Virus record (IMG/VR): IMGVR_UViG_3300008119_000025
Strand: one strand, 5' to 3'
Length of the DNA stretch: 64,000 nt
Source of the DNA: an uncultured virus (IMG/VR IMGVR_UViG_3300008119_000025)
Lineage: Duplodnaviria; Heunggongvirae; Uroviricota; Caudoviricetes
In this document: positions 40,426 to 50,978 of the stretch, piece by piece
Layout of the letters: each line of letters opens with the position of its first letter
How positions within the stretch are numbered: position 1 is the stretch's first letter
The notes under the pieces: model-generated
What the model saw: only the letters and a program-made list of their open reading frames with translations
What the model was told of the DNA's origin: nothing
Databases searched by the model: none
Made by a program: the position numbers and the translations under genes

Positions 40426-40836
40426 TTATTGGGCAACTGTAGCGGTTAATATTTCTGTATCGTTGGTGTTTGCTATGGAAAATTCCAAGGTTAAGGTAAC
40501 GCTGCTTAAATCTGAATTGCCGGTTAAGGTTATATTTTCAATTATTACCATGAAAAATATATTGGATATTTCATCGGATAAACGTTCTTTGAGTGAATCT
40601 AAATTATTTGAATTAATTTGCTCAAATATAAATGTTCTTAATCCGAAACCAAATATAGGCCCAAATATGCGCTCCCCAGGGTTAGTTAATAGCCAATTGA
40701 GTAAATTATTTTTTACTGATTGTTTATATGTGTAATTTAAATTAAATACAGCCTCACTATTGAATGGTAAATTAATACCACTACCAACATCAAGTTTTAA
40801 ATCATCAGGATTTATCTGGGTATAACCGTATGGCAT
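40426..40836 (-). CDS. baseplate wedge subunit (gp25-like)
   Basis: VKNNLLNWLLTNPGERIF.P.FG.GLR..IFE. Confidence 0.85.
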   Translation of the reverse strand: MPYGYTQINPDDLKLDVGSGINLPFNSEAVFNLNYTYKQSVKNNLLNWLLTNPGERIFGPIFGFGLRTFIFEQINSNNLDSLKERLSDEISNIFFMVIIENITLTGNSDLSSVTLTLEFSIANTNDTEILTATVAQ

Positions 40837-40839
40837 TTT

Positions 40840-41178
40840 CTATTTGTTAAGTAAATTCATGATTTGATCCATACCCAATTCACCAGTGCCTAAATTACCG
40901 TTAACTGGGTCGCCAACAGCTGATGGGGAAAATCTAGGTACATCTCCGCTAGTGAAGTTCATTGCTGTTTCACCTAGTATTTCATCGTATCGTCTTTTAA
41001 CGTCAAATGTTGGTTGAGTGAAATTTGGTTTATATTCAGGTGTGGATGGTTGGGTGTAGTTTTCGCGGATAGTTGTTTTAGGTGCTTTAAGTGCCTCCAA
41101 CAATATATCTTTCATTTCATCCCGAATTGCATCACGTACCGCTTCTTTGATTAATTGTTTAAGTTCTGATGTTTTCAT
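40840..41178 (-). CDS. hypothetical protein
   Basis: ELKQLIKEAVR leader; late motif at 41184-41193. Confidence 0.6.
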   Translation of the reverse strand: MKTSELKQLIKEAVRDAIRDEMKDILLEALKAPKTTIRENYTQPSTPEYKPNFTQPTFDVKRRYDEILGETAMNFTSGDVPRFSPSAVGDPVNGNLGTGELGMDQIMNLLNK

Positions 41179-41196
41179 ATGGTTATAAATATGGGT

Positions 41197-42225
41197 TTAT
41201 GTTGCTTTTAAATCGTTTTGTTGTATATAAAATATCAACTCGTCTATCAATATCTGATCTATTGAGCTGAAAGACCACTCTCCTTTCAACATTACTACAT
41301 TGCTTTTGTTTTTTGCGATAGCTCGCCTACGTTTTAGTGGTTTTTCTGTCACTTCCATTTCCACACTGAATGTGAATCCATTTAGTGAATCAGTTTTTGG
41401 TTGAGTGGATGGGGGAACTTGTTGAGCAATAGATCTTAACTCATCAGATATAGCGGCTTGCTCAGCATCAGGATAGCATTTTTGAATTAGCTGATCTAAA
41501 GTGTTCATATATTCCAAACACTGGGATAGTATTTGTTGGGTTAATATTATTATTGACAATATTCCGGAATTGGCTATGGATAATTTGTCTAGTATTTGTT
41601 TGGTTTTATTAAGTGATAGTGTTACACTGGATGGTGATGGGGTAGGTACTGCTACTCCTATAGTGTATGCTAATTGGAGTCCAGTGATTACTCCTTGGGT
41701 TATCCCTAAAGATGTAGATACTATATTTAATGTATTGTATATATTGTTTAACTGTTTGGTTAATTTGTTTTTACTATCTATTATGCGGTTAATTTCTTGT
41801 GGTGATGGGCACGTTGAATTATTTACTAAATTATTGATATTTAATTTACCGTTTACCATCATTTTAGATAGGTTGGTTAAACCAAATTGAGCGCATTGTT
41901 TTAATAGTAATGGAATGATAGTACCAGTGAGAGAAACGATCAATCCAGTGAGACGTTTTTGTGTAAAATATTCAGGTGATTTATTTGATGCTGATAGTGA
42001 ATCTATTTGGGATGATTTAAGTTGGGATGATTCGATTTGGTCAAGTTCTAAACTCTTTTTAAGTGGATTGAGTTTCACCACACCTAAATCAGTTTTAAGG
42101 GTACCGTCACCTTTATATGGAATTTTTTCTACAGACTCATATCCGGGTGCACTTATTAATATTTTGGATACTTTAGATGCATCAAGTGGTTGTTTTATAG
42201 GTAGTGGATTTTTTTGTGAGCTCAT
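41197..42225 (-). CDS. hypothetical baseplate-module protein
   Basis: 342 aa ORF with hydrophobic helices. Confidence 0.55.
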   Translation of the reverse strand: MSSQKNPLPIKQPLDASKVSKILISAPGYESVEKIPYKGDGTLKTDLGVVKLNPLKKSLELDQIESSQLKSSQIDSLSASNKSPEYFTQKRLTGLIVSLTGTIIPLLLKQCAQFGLTNLSKMMVNGKLNINNLVNNSTCPSPQEINRIIDSKNKLTKQLNNIYNTLNIVSTSLGITQGVITGLQLAYTIGVAVPTPSPSSVTLSLNKTKQILDKLSIANSGILSIIILTQQILSQCLEYMNTLDQLIQKCYPDAEQAAISDELRSIAQQVPPSTQPKTDSLNGFTFSVEMEVTEKPLKRRRAIAKNKSNVVMLKGEWSFSSIDQILIDELIFYIQQNDLKAT

Positions 42226-42233
42226 ATAAGTAA

Positions 42234-43025
42234 TTATTGCGGTATAGTCTGGATGTTTATCCCGTTAATAACAGTATTGGTATCGGATGAAATTATAGTT
42301 CCAAATATTTTTTCTTCTACTGGTGGGTCACTTAATTCCCACGCATTTAATACATTAAATTGTTGAAATTTACCTTTACCTATAAGTTTTACATCTTGTA
42401 GGTATTTGTTTAACAATTTAACTCCTGGGAGATCGGTTGATAGTGTGCCATCAAAATTGCGGGTTCTACTAAATATAACACAACCCGATGATGAGAATTC
42501 AGATGAACCGTGGTGGATAAATGCTCCATCAAATGCAATCCCAGCGGGTCTAGGTGAAAATTTATCAGATGTATATACATCTTTTTCATATATATTATTC
42601 CCAGTGGTATCTGACTTTGAGCTGATTCTCATTCCGACACCATTGTAGAATGAATTTAATATAAACTGCTTTCCAGTATAATTGGATAATATTATATTAT
42701 ACACATTGGCAGGAATACCATTGAATTTAGATGGGTCTTCTAGTGTATCAGGTATGGCTGTTTGGTTTTGTATTTTTACTTCTCTAATGGCGTCTTCAAC
42801 TGTGAAGCCTAAAACTTTTTTATTGTGCCATAAAGTTCCCGTAGTTCTACCTCCACCCTTAGTGTGTGGGGTAGTTGTTTCTCTTATTAATGTTATATAT
42901 TTGGGATTACTAACTAGTATTTGAGCGGATATGGTAAGGTCAGAGAATGATATGTGTAGCCCGTTCAGAACCCCTCCTATAGGTGAGGTTGCGTTTGAAA
43001 GTTGAGTAAAAGTATATGACTTCAT
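42234..43025 (-). CDS. DUF5675-like L,D-peptidase-type peptidoglycan hydrolase
   Basis: TTGTL...FTVED..R..KI...TAIP...FIHHGS....SSGCV pattern with His/Cys dyad. Confidence 0.6.
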   Translation of the reverse strand: MKSYTFTQLSNATSPIGGVLNGLHISFSDLTISAQILVSNPKYITLIRETTTPHTKGGGRTTGTLWHNKKVLGFTVEDAIREVKIQNQTAIPDTLEDPSKFNGIPANVYNIILSNYTGKQFILNSFYNGVGMRISSKSDTTGNNIYEKDVYTSDKFSPRPAGIAFDGAFIHHGSSEFSSSGCVIFSRTRNFDGTLSTDLPGVKLLNKYLQDVKLIGKGKFQQFNVLNAWELSDPPVEEKIFGTIISSDTNTVINGINIQTIPQ

Positions 43026-43026
43026 A

Positions 43027-44205
43027 TTAAATAGTTTTTACAAAATTAGATTTAATACCATCCAATTGGGTTAATAATTTATTTAAATTGGTTGAAGACA
43101 TATCAGCTACGGTATTCATTACTGGGTCTGGGGTTGGTACTCCTCCAGGGTATATTTGGGATGTTTTTAGTGCGGTTGACAGGTTGGTAACTTCTTGGAT
43201 TAAAATTCGCAATAATTGTACGGTATCGTCACCTTTCAATATTGATTGGGATGCATTTTTACTTCCTATCTTAATATCATTTCCATCAATTATAATTTGA
43301 TTAGCCTCTATATTAACACTATCATTAGATGAAATACCTACTGATTTATGTCCACTAATTAATACACTATCCGTTTTGGCGTTTATTATAACTCGATCAG
43401 CATTTAATACAGCTTGGGGTAATGTAAATGAGGATGGGGTTATTGGTTGTGATGTAAATGAATTGAAATTTTCATTCGCTAATGCAAAAGTGAGTTTTTG
43501 GGTTGATGTTAAGTATAAGGATGACGGGTCTTTGGATATGTTTTCGGATATAGGAGTCCATGGATCACCACCTTGGGATGTTTGTCCATTTCTAATTATG
43601 GTGATTGGGTCGCCATTATTGTTTCCAAACCTTAAACTTTGACCATAACGTCCTAAATATGTTATGTCCCCAGAATTTTGTGCTAATGGGCTAATTACTC
43701 GCTCATTAAATGTTTTAGGTTGTGGTTTCGGTACTGTTGATTTAGGTATCCCGATTCCAGCCATCCTATAATCTTTTACATTATTGGATATTGGGGATGG
43801 TTCCTCAATGGGGAATGTAATGTTGTTGTTGACTGATGATATACCAAATGTAGATATAGGTAAATCATATTGCCACGCAAAACCAGCTGAATTATTAGTT
43901 GGGAGTTTATGTAGGGTAACTATTTCATTGATAGTTGGTATATTGAGTACGTGGGATGATTTAGGAGTAGCTATATATTTTCTTCCTATTGAATTAGCCT
44001 GGATTGATTCAACTAATATGGTACCCAAAAGGGAGTATGCAGTTCCAGTAATCGGGTCTATTATGGGGTCGGGGTAGTCGGTGGTGATAGCTTGTTTAAC
44101 AACAGCGTTAATGATGTCAAAATCAAATTCACCAGATGAAAATGTTTTGGTACTTACTGATGATCTTATTTGGCTTTTATTTCCGAAATTAGCATACCCA
44201 CCCAT
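43027..44205 (-). CDS. baseplate hub/spike protein (gp5-like)
   Basis: OB-like N-terminus (IPTINEIV), GD...GRYGQSLRFG, beta-repeat segment, ILKGD. Confidence 0.6.
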   Translation of the reverse strand: MGGYANFGNKSQIRSSVSTKTFSSGEFDFDIINAVVKQAITTDYPDPIIDPITGTAYSLLGTILVESIQANSIGRKYIATPKSSHVLNIPTINEIVTLHKLPTNNSAGFAWQYDLPISTFGISSVNNNITFPIEEPSPISNNVKDYRMAGIGIPKSTVPKPQPKTFNERVISPLAQNSGDITYLGRYGQSLRFGNNNGDPITIIRNGQTSQGGDPWTPISENISKDPSSLYLTSTQKLTFALANENFNSFTSQPITPSSFTLPQAVLNADRVIINAKTDSVLISGHKSVGISSNDSVNIEANQIIIDGNDIKIGSKNASQSILKGDDTVQLLRILIQEVTNLSTALKTSQIYPGGVPTPDPVMNTVADMSSTNLNKLLTQLDGIKSNFVKTI

Positions 44206-44208
44206 GTT

Positions 44209-44547
44209 TTAATCTTTGAGTTTAAAATTTTTAACTTCAGCTAATAGTTGCGCTTTTTCTTCCTCAGTCATGCCCATATTATCGTCATCAGATTTACTTT
44301 GACCTAATGAACGTTGAACTATAGTAGCCATTTTGATTAATTGCTCGTCGTTTTTCAATCCTAGTTCCATGTATTCTTTAATTAATGGTACTATGAGAGT
44401 GGCATCTCCGATGTCGCTAATTAATGGTTTTAATTCATTGATTAATGCCGCTATTTGCTGTTCTTTTTTCTTTTGATTATTGTATATTTCTTGCAGCATA
44501 TCGGAAAATTTTTTCTTCCCGAATATAACTGTATCTAGATTACTCAT
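44209..44547 (-). CDS. hypothetical protein
   Basis: 112 aa helical ORF after a late-type motif. Confidence 0.6.
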   Translation of the reverse strand: MSNLDTVIFGKKKFSDMLQEIYNNQKKKEQQIAALINELKPLISDIGDATLIVPLIKEYMELGLKNDEQLIKMATIVQRSLGQSKSDDDNMGMTEEEKAQLLAEVKNFKLKD

Positions 44548-44567
44548 GTTATTTTTGTTAATAAATA

Positions 44568-45272
44568 TTATATAGTAAATTCTATATAATTATGTTCCAA
44601 ATAATAAGTGTAATTTTTCTTAAATATATCGTACATCACATTAGCTACTTTGGTGATTCTAGGTGCTTTTACATCAGGTACCATTTCATAAATGTATATG
44701 TATAGTGCTTTTTTATTGAATACATCAATTAACTCACGTTTTCTAAATAATTCCAATATCGAATCAGCTATTTTAGCATCGGTTTCTTTAGGAAATACTT
44801 GATAAATTAACGTGGTCATACTCTCAATATATTGATCCATAAATATAGATAGCTTATCGTCTACAGGGGTTGAATCTAAAGTATATGCTTGATTATGGTC
44901 ATTATTTAATTCATCTACAGCAACTTTTTGTACTTTGTTTTTGTACATTTTATTGTTATATATGATACACCATCGTTTAACTATAGTACCAAAATAAGAA
45001 TACGCTTTAGCACCATTAGATGGATTGAATAGATGTATTTTACTCAATAAAAACGTAATTATTTCATGCTGGAGATGTTCCAGGTTATCTACCTCTGTGT
45101 GGTAGAATTTGAATGTGTGGATTATATTTTGGGTGAGTTTAAAGAATGCATAATGAATTTTACGTTCATATATGACATTTTTTAGTTCAGGGGATGATGT
45201 ATTATTATATAATACAATAGCGTCCTCTGTTTCTTGGGTGAAATAATTCTTATTTTTGGCTACTTTAGGCAT
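44568..45272 (-). CDS. late-transcription sigma factor (gp55-like)
   Basis: NYFT N-terminus; F.P....KAYSYFGTIVKR resembles sigma region 2 of gp55-type factors. Confidence 0.65.
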   Translation of the reverse strand: MPKVAKNKNYFTQETEDAIVLYNNTSSPELKNVIYERKIHYAFFKLTQNIIHTFKFYHTEVDNLEHLQHEIITFLLSKIHLFNPSNGAKAYSYFGTIVKRWCIIYNNKMYKNKVQKVAVDELNNDHNQAYTLDSTPVDDKLSIFMDQYIESMTTLIYQVFPKETDAKIADSILELFRKRELIDVFNKKALYIYIYEMVPDVKAPRITKVANVMYDIFKKNYTYYLEHNYIEFTI

Positions 45273-45282
45273 GAGGTATGTT

Positions 45283-45558
45283 TTATTGTTGCTTTACATT
45301 AAATTCATTTAATATCTCTTGAATTTGTTTAATACCATCAAATATAACCCCAGTCTCATCATCGTTGGCAAATGCACCCATTTGATCCAATTCTTGGATT
45401 TTTTTGTCAGATACCTCAATTACCCTAGATAATTTATCTAAATAATCGAGATAACTGATTAGTATTGTTTCAGATTTTTCCTGTTTTTTGAATAGGTTAT
45501 ATGTTGTATAACCAAAAATCAACACTAAAGTTGATAATATTATTACTGCTAGTATCAT
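45283..45558 (-). CDS. membrane-anchored hypothetical protein
   Basis: N-terminal transmembrane helix. Confidence 0.6.
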   Translation of the reverse strand: MILAVIILSTLVLIFGYTTYNLFKKQEKSETILISYLDYLDKLSRVIEVSDKKIQELDQMGAFANDDETGVIFDGIKQIQEILNEFNVKQQ

Positions 45559-46343
45559 AGGTTGTCTAGTAAATTTTTTAAATTATCACTTTTTATGGAA
45601 CCCAATGCTTTATTGCGAACCGTGTCTTTTTTGGAATTGGTAGGATGGAATGTACTGCTTTTTTTAGTTACAGTCACGTTTTTCTTTTCTTTTCCTAATT
45701 TAGGTAACCATTCTCTTTCAAATTCAATTCTAGCGGCCATTAAATCGGCTTGATGTACAATGAAAGGTAAAGATGTTCTTGGTTTTTGACCCGGTAAAAA
45801 TGACATAAGGTATTTTTTGTTCCCTTCATCGTATAAACCATCGTGGGTTTGTATTGTTATCATTTCATTAAATGAATATTGAATACCGTGGGATTGAAGT
45901 AAAAATAACCCTCTATCAGGTACAGATGCAAAAGGTAACGATTCGTTAAACATATAATCTTCACCCAATTTGTCTTTCCTCCATTGATCGGTTTGGGGAA
46001 TATATGATTCGTGGTTTTCGTCTCCGATTTTACCCAAATCATGGTTTAATGCGGAAAAAACCAATTCCTCAATAGTATATGTAGAGGTATCAGCGCCATG
46101 TTTTTCCCAGATACCATGCTGATCTAAAGCACATTCAATAACTCGATTAACATGTTCAACGTACCCACCAGGGAATGCATTGTGATATTCAACCTTATGT
46201 GAAGCAGGCATCATCATTATACGGTCAGCAAACTTTTCATAGAATGCCAATAATTTTTCTTTACGTGGTGATTCGATGTAGGTATCAATATATCCTACCA
46301 TTTTCTCCCAATTACCCAGTATTTCTTCAGGTGATAAATTCAT
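45555..46343 (-). CDS. HD-domain phosphohydrolase
   Basis: PAS...YHNAFPGGYVEH, LNHDLGK, THDG, HQAD. Confidence 0.85.
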   Translation of the reverse strand: MNLSPEEILGNWEKMVGYIDTYIESPRKEKLLAFYEKFADRIMMMPASHKVEYHNAFPGGYVEHVNRVIECALDQHGIWEKHGADTSTYTIEELVFSALNHDLGKIGDENHESYIPQTDQWRKDKLGEDYMFNESLPFASVPDRGLFLLQSHGIQYSFNEMITIQTHDGLYDEGNKKYLMSFLPGQKPRTSLPFIVHQADLMAARIEFEREWLPKLGKEKKNVTVTKKSSTFHPTNSKKDTVRNKALGSIKSDNLKNLLDNL

Positions 46344-46393
46344 AACTTATTATTTATATTTATAAACTAATATACGAAACCAAAATTGGTGTA

Positions 46394-46822
46394 TCAAGGA
46401 TTTTTAATGAAATCCTGGATTTGTTTAAGCAGGGCACATTTTTCGTATTCTTCAAGGGCTAAGTAATGTTCCATACATGGTTCGATACATTCATTTAGTT
46501 TAGTGTGGGGTATGAAGTGTAAACATTCTTGCCATTTTTCATCTGTTAAATCACATTGGCTTATCCAAAACCATGCTCTAGTATACATTACAAAATCCCC
46601 AGCTTCATTTATGTCAATTTTGTCTAAGCTAGGGTCAGCTTGCGAAAAAAAATCAATTACTTGACGTTTAAAAATGATCCCATTACTAATTAATTTGATG
46701 AACATTTTAATCTTGAAATGGGGTGTAGACTTGTAGTCGTCTACTTCTTGCTCTAAACGTTTATTGGTTTCTTTATCGTTATCGAAGAAACCGAATAAAT
46801 CAAATACCCTCTCCAAATTCAT
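46394..46822 (-). CDS. hypothetical protein with UvrB/C-like C-terminal motif
   Basis: EEYEKCALLK. Confidence 0.55.
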   Translation of the reverse strand: MNLERVFDLFGFFDNDKETNKRLEQEVDDYKSTPHFKIKMFIKLISNGIIFKRQVIDFFSQADPSLDKIDINEAGDFVMYTRAWFWISQCDLTDEKWQECLHFIPHTKLNECIEPCMEHYLALEEYEKCALLKQIQDFIKNP

Positions 46823-46896
46823 AATTCTATGTATATATTATATTTTAGTAATTGATCCGCGCGCTAAATTAATTATTTTACGCATAATCATACATA

Positions 46897-47346
46897 TTAC
46901 AAACTATTACCTATATTAACTATTACATCAATGGCCTCATCTGCTCCTATTTTAAAAAACTCACGTTGTTTTCTAATGCGAAATGATTTAAAATATTCGT
47001 GTACCATACTTTCCAATTTTTTCCCATCTACACACCGATATGCAAAATCAACTACAAATTCGTCAGGCACACCGGTGTTTTTAGATAAAATTTGAGCTCT
47101 ATCATACGGATTTAAGGATGTATATCCTATTTTAATTATGTCAGGCATGTATTTATTTGACATGATGTACACAAATTGCTCACCGTTTATTCCACCAAAT
47201 TCTTTTTTTGGTTTGTTGGTAAAATAAATCACTTTGTCCCACCCATTATCCTCAATTGTGGTAAAGTAGTGTGGTTCAAAATGAGTATAGCCATCCTCGC
47301 TAGTGGGAATGAACTTGAATGATTGCTCGAGTGTAATATATTTCAT
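46897..47346 (-). CDS. T5orf172/MUG113-type GIY-YIG domain protein
   Basis: FVYIMSN...IKIGYT..P..RA..L...TGVP..F...LE..VH...REFF. Confidence 0.8.
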   Translation of the reverse strand: MKYITLEQSFKFIPTSEDGYTHFEPHYFTTIEDNGWDKVIYFTNKPKKEFGGINGEQFVYIMSNKYMPDIIKIGYTSLNPYDRAQILSKNTGVPDEFVVDFAYRCVDGKKLESMVHEYFKSFRIRKQREFFKIGADEAIDVIVNIGNSL

Positions 47347-47371
47347 AACCTTTATTTTTGTATTGTTTTAA

Positions 47372-47608
47372 TTAAAATCTAACGGTAGCACCGCCTTTAT
47401 ACCACGGTAAACCCTCACGCCCACGCAATGCTTTTTTCCATTCTTGGTGGGACATTTTGATTCCGTTAATATAATATTCAGCTAGTTTTTCATTTCCTTG
47501 TGGGATAACAGCTGGACCATCCCAATTGTGTAATTTACCATCAAATGTAACCATAACGGTTCCATCAGCGGTTGTAATTGTTTTACCTTTTTTATATTTA
47601 GTGTCCAT
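47372..47608 (-). CDS. small hypothetical protein
   Basis: GKLHNWDGPAVI...EYYING repeat-family motif. Confidence 0.65.
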   Translation of the reverse strand: MDTKYKKGKTITTADGTVMVTFDGKLHNWDGPAVIPQGNEKLAEYYINGIKMSHQEWKKALRGREGLPWYKGGATVRF

Positions 47609-47631
47609 ATTTAATTTATTAATATGTCAAT

Positions 47632-47660
47632 AATATACGAAAACATTGTGCGTAACCCAA
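47632..47660 (-). promoter_or_regulatory. class II (middle/host-type) promoter TTGG-N17-CGTATATT
   Basis: Same 17-nt spacing near 17160, 19060, 29065 and 46370, and on the plus strand at 48144. Confidence 0.6.
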
Positions 47661-47670
47661 ATGCTTTTTA

Positions 47671-48024
47671 CTAGCTGATATCAAGTGATATATTTCCAGT
47701 TCCTCTTACCTTCAATGTGGTTCCAACTACATTGGTAGCTGGAGTGAATGTAAATGAGCAGGAGCCTGATGGGATTACAAAAGATGCCACATAGTCCGAA
47801 AATGACACGTCATTCACCATATTGGTATAGTTTGCGAATGAGCCCGATATATTTTTAGGTGACGCGCTTGTATATGCATATTGTTGCGCAGATAAGGTAG
47901 TTTCAAGCGCGAGATAAGCGCAGTCACCCGGGTTATCGACACTGAACGTGTATAGAGTGTTTTTCGTTAAGTTCGGCGCGTAACTTCCGCTGCCATAAAG
48001 TTGTTCTGAAGTATATGTAGCCAT
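47671..48024 (-). CDS. S/T-rich hypothetical protein, possibly structural
   Basis: 117 aa ORF downstream of late motif at 48123-48131. Confidence 0.55.
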   Translation of the reverse strand: MATYTSEQLYGSGSYAPNLTKNTLYTFSVDNPGDCAYLALETTLSAQQYAYTSASPKNISGSFANYTNMVNDVSFSDYVASFVIPSGSCSFTFTPATNVVGTTLKVRGTGNISLDIS

Positions 48025-48143
48025 TACTGGAAAATTGATTTGATTAATAAAATTGGGGATAAGGTTAAAACCATAAATCCTATTGCAAGGTAAAAGGGGA
48101 TTTTAATTATTTTCATCATGTTTATAAATATTGTTAAAAAAAC

Positions 48144-48172
48144 TTGGCAATCATAATTTGCCGGTGTATATT
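48144..48172 (+). promoter_or_regulatory. plus-strand class II promoter firing into a non-coding tract
   Basis: TTGG-CAATCATAATTTGCCGG-TGTATATT. Confidence 0.5.
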
Positions 48173-49796
48173 GAAACCTGGGGTTTAAAAATAGGATAAA
48201 AGGGTTGAATGAAACGTGGGATGAATGAGGGATGGAACGTATGAAACATGGGTGACGGGAACAAGGGAAAATATAGAAAAACATGTACCCGGTACATGGG
48301 AAAATATGGAGGAAATGTTAAGTATATTAGTATATATGTTTGTCGATGGTGAAAAAGGTTACGGAAAGAAGAATTTTGGATTTTGTGGGGTTTGCAATAA
48401 TTGGCACATTCGAAAAAAATATTTGGTTTATGGGGGGTTAATTTGTATGTTTAACCTGGGATTGAAAATAGATAGGGTAAATGTTTAGGATATAGGTATA
48501 TAATTGGGTGATGGGAAAAATGGTAAGAAAATGGTTGGTTGAAAATGGGATAAACGATTCCCCACGGGTTAATGGTAATTTAATGATACGTTATTTGATA
48601 TATAAGGATATATGATGTCGATGGGAAGGTTTTGTAAGCGAGTTATGAAGGCGTCTAATTCACGCCCCACCCCACCACCACGCCATATTGACACCTGCGC
48701 GCATGGGGCCCTACGCCCTATACCATATATATACCATATCGCCCCCCACATCCAGTATATATACGGTACGAGAGAAGGAGGGCTATATTTCTACAGCCCC
48801 CACATCACTATATTTTCTAACTATCAAATCCATAACCCTATTATGAGCATCCAGGGTATAATCAGGTTCAATACCTAGCTCATTCATTAACTCATAAACA
48901 CCATTCCACTTGGCTCTAGATGTTTTATATATTGGGCTGTCAGATCCAAACGTATACTCATCTTGTTTACACTCTAGAAACATATTTGCCTCAGTTAATT
49001 GAATTTGTTTAATCATGTCTTGCTTTTTCATAACCTTTATTTTTAAATTTATACTGGAATATACGAACTGGATCTTATTGTTTTATGTCCTAATTCCAAA
49101 CTCATCTCCCTCTATTAAATCAAAGTCACTTACTTTATTTATTATTTCCACTTCTAAATTATTAGTACTATTATTATCTACATTAATTATCTCCCCAGTT
49201 TCTATATCTTGAACTCTACAACTATCAGTATGAGCTCGAAATTTACAATTTTCGAATCTCATTACTTCTGAAATAACATTATTTACTTCTAATACTTTAA
49301 ACCATTTCATAACTTTTAATTTTAAATTTATATTTTTATTTATACTTAAATATACGAACTGAATTTTAATTATTTTTGTCCTTTAAATTCATCACTTAAT
49401 CTCTTTTTATCTGCTATCTCACATAATATTTTTGTAACATAAATAATAACAGCAATCAACAATATATAAACAATTGAACCTAACATAACTTTTAATTTTA
49501 AATTTATACTTGAATATACGAACTGAACTTATATTTGCTTATACCTCATTTAATTCAACTATATTACTTTCACTAACAAATACTTTATAATTATCAAAAA
49601 ACCACCCTTTAACTACTTCAAATTCATTATCAAATAATTCACACTCATACATTTCATTGATTAATCCTTCTAAATCATTTACTAAATAATTATCATGAAT
49701 ATCATATCTACATACTACTAAATAATTTTTCATAACCTTAATTTTTTAAATTTATATTATTTATCTTTATTTATACTTGAATATACGAAAGTAGCT

Positions 49797-50072
49797 TTAA
49801 TTAGCTACTTCCTTAATCATATCAAATAAATCATTAACTTCATCACTATCAAAATCAACACCTAATGATCTTTCATTTATCACATCAATCAATTCTTCAG
49901 CAGTTGAAACGTTCATTTGATTAATCAAAAATTCACTTAAATTATTAAATTCATTTTCATCAATTTCTTCATCTTCAAACATTTCTTCTAAAATATTCAT
50001 TTCATCTTTTAGAAAATTATTTTTAATCACTTCAAAATTATCACTCACAAATTTAATCATTTCGCTTTTCAT
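49797..50072 (-). CDS. acidic early protein
   Basis: 91 aa, very D/E-rich, own promoter. Confidence 0.65.
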   Translation of the reverse strand: MKSEMIKFVSDNFEVIKNNFLKDEMNILEEMFEDEEIDENEFNNLSEFLINQMNVSTAEELIDVINERSLGVDFDSDEVNDLFDMIKEVAN

Positions 50073-50321
50073 AACTTTTAATTTTAAATTTATATCTTTT
50101 TATTATGATTAAATATACGAAAGCGCTCTAACTGCTTAGCGTCCCATTTTACTATCTATTAACTTACCATCTTTGAAATAATAAAATACCATTTTACCAT
50201 TTTTACCCATTAATGTTATGTTTGCATCTCCAGTGAGACAACCATCGACATTCAGAATATATTGCTTGTTTTGCTCTACGAATTGATACGCGCTCATATG
50301 AATTGATTTTACGTGTTTAAA

Positions 50322-50543
50322 TTATAGATTAATGATTTCTTGTTTAACTTCTAACCAATAATCTATTCTCTGTTGAACATATCCATCTGTTCTATCAAAT
50401 ATATCATTTTCCTTAATTATCTCATCAACTGATATTAAGGCACATTGTTTAGCCATTTCCCAATTAATACCATAATCGTATTCATTTGATTGGATTTGAT
50501 AAAAACTACATACTAAATCCGATGCTTTATCTTTCTCGTTCAT
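50322..50543 (-). CDS. early protein, KA..L/AKQ.AL..V.EII/YW.EVK.EI family, paralog 1
   Basis: Clear similarity to 57758..57955 and 58213..58422. Confidence 0.75.
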   Translation of the reverse strand: MNEKDKASDLVCSFYQIQSNEYDYGINWEMAKQCALISVDEIIKENDIFDRTDGYVQQRIDYWLEVKQEIINL

Positions 50544-50591
50544 AATATTGCTTTTTTAATTATACTGGAATATACGAAATAAAAATGGAGA

Positions 50592-50978
50592 TCATTTGAC
50601 CTCCATATTTTTTAACATATCAATCAAGTTAACATCAGCAACTACATCTTTTGATTTAGCTGGGCGCCCTCTTTTAATTTCACCATTTGCACGTCTTGCT
50701 TCTAACTCTTTTAATCTCAATTGTCGAGCACTGGATTCATCTACTCTCCTGCCTAATTTCAATTCACCGCTAGCGCGTTTAGCCTCTAATTCAGCTATAC
50801 GCTTTTGTCTCTCACTGTCTGTTGAAATTGGTCTACCACGTTGAATTGTAACACCTGCCTCAATTTTAGCATTTAACTCAGCTAAACGTTGTTGCCTTTT
50901 ACTATTAGCGTTCACAGGACGTCCAGTTTTAATACCTACGAATGATTTTTTTTCTGTTGTAATTTCAATTGCTTTCAT
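50592..50978 (-). CDS. basic repeat protein with AT-hook-like GRP motifs
   Basis: Three 29-aa GR(P/R)....S.RQ.R..EL.A repeats plus a final RGRP. Confidence 0.7.
   Translation of the reverse strand: MKAIEITTEKKSFVGIKTGRPVNANSKRQQRLAELNAKIEAGVTIQRGRPISTDSERQKRIAELEAKRASGELKLGRRVDESSARQLRLKELEARRANGEIKRGRPAKSKDVVADVNLIDMLKNMEVK

Noticed and set aside
48641..48650. Third UUCAUAAC antisense copy
   Set aside because: No convincing flanking stem or adjacent terminator
48225..48878. ORFs in 48.2-48.9 kb and 53.3-54.7 kb
   Set aside because: Low-complexity translations without the leader motif; treated as non-coding
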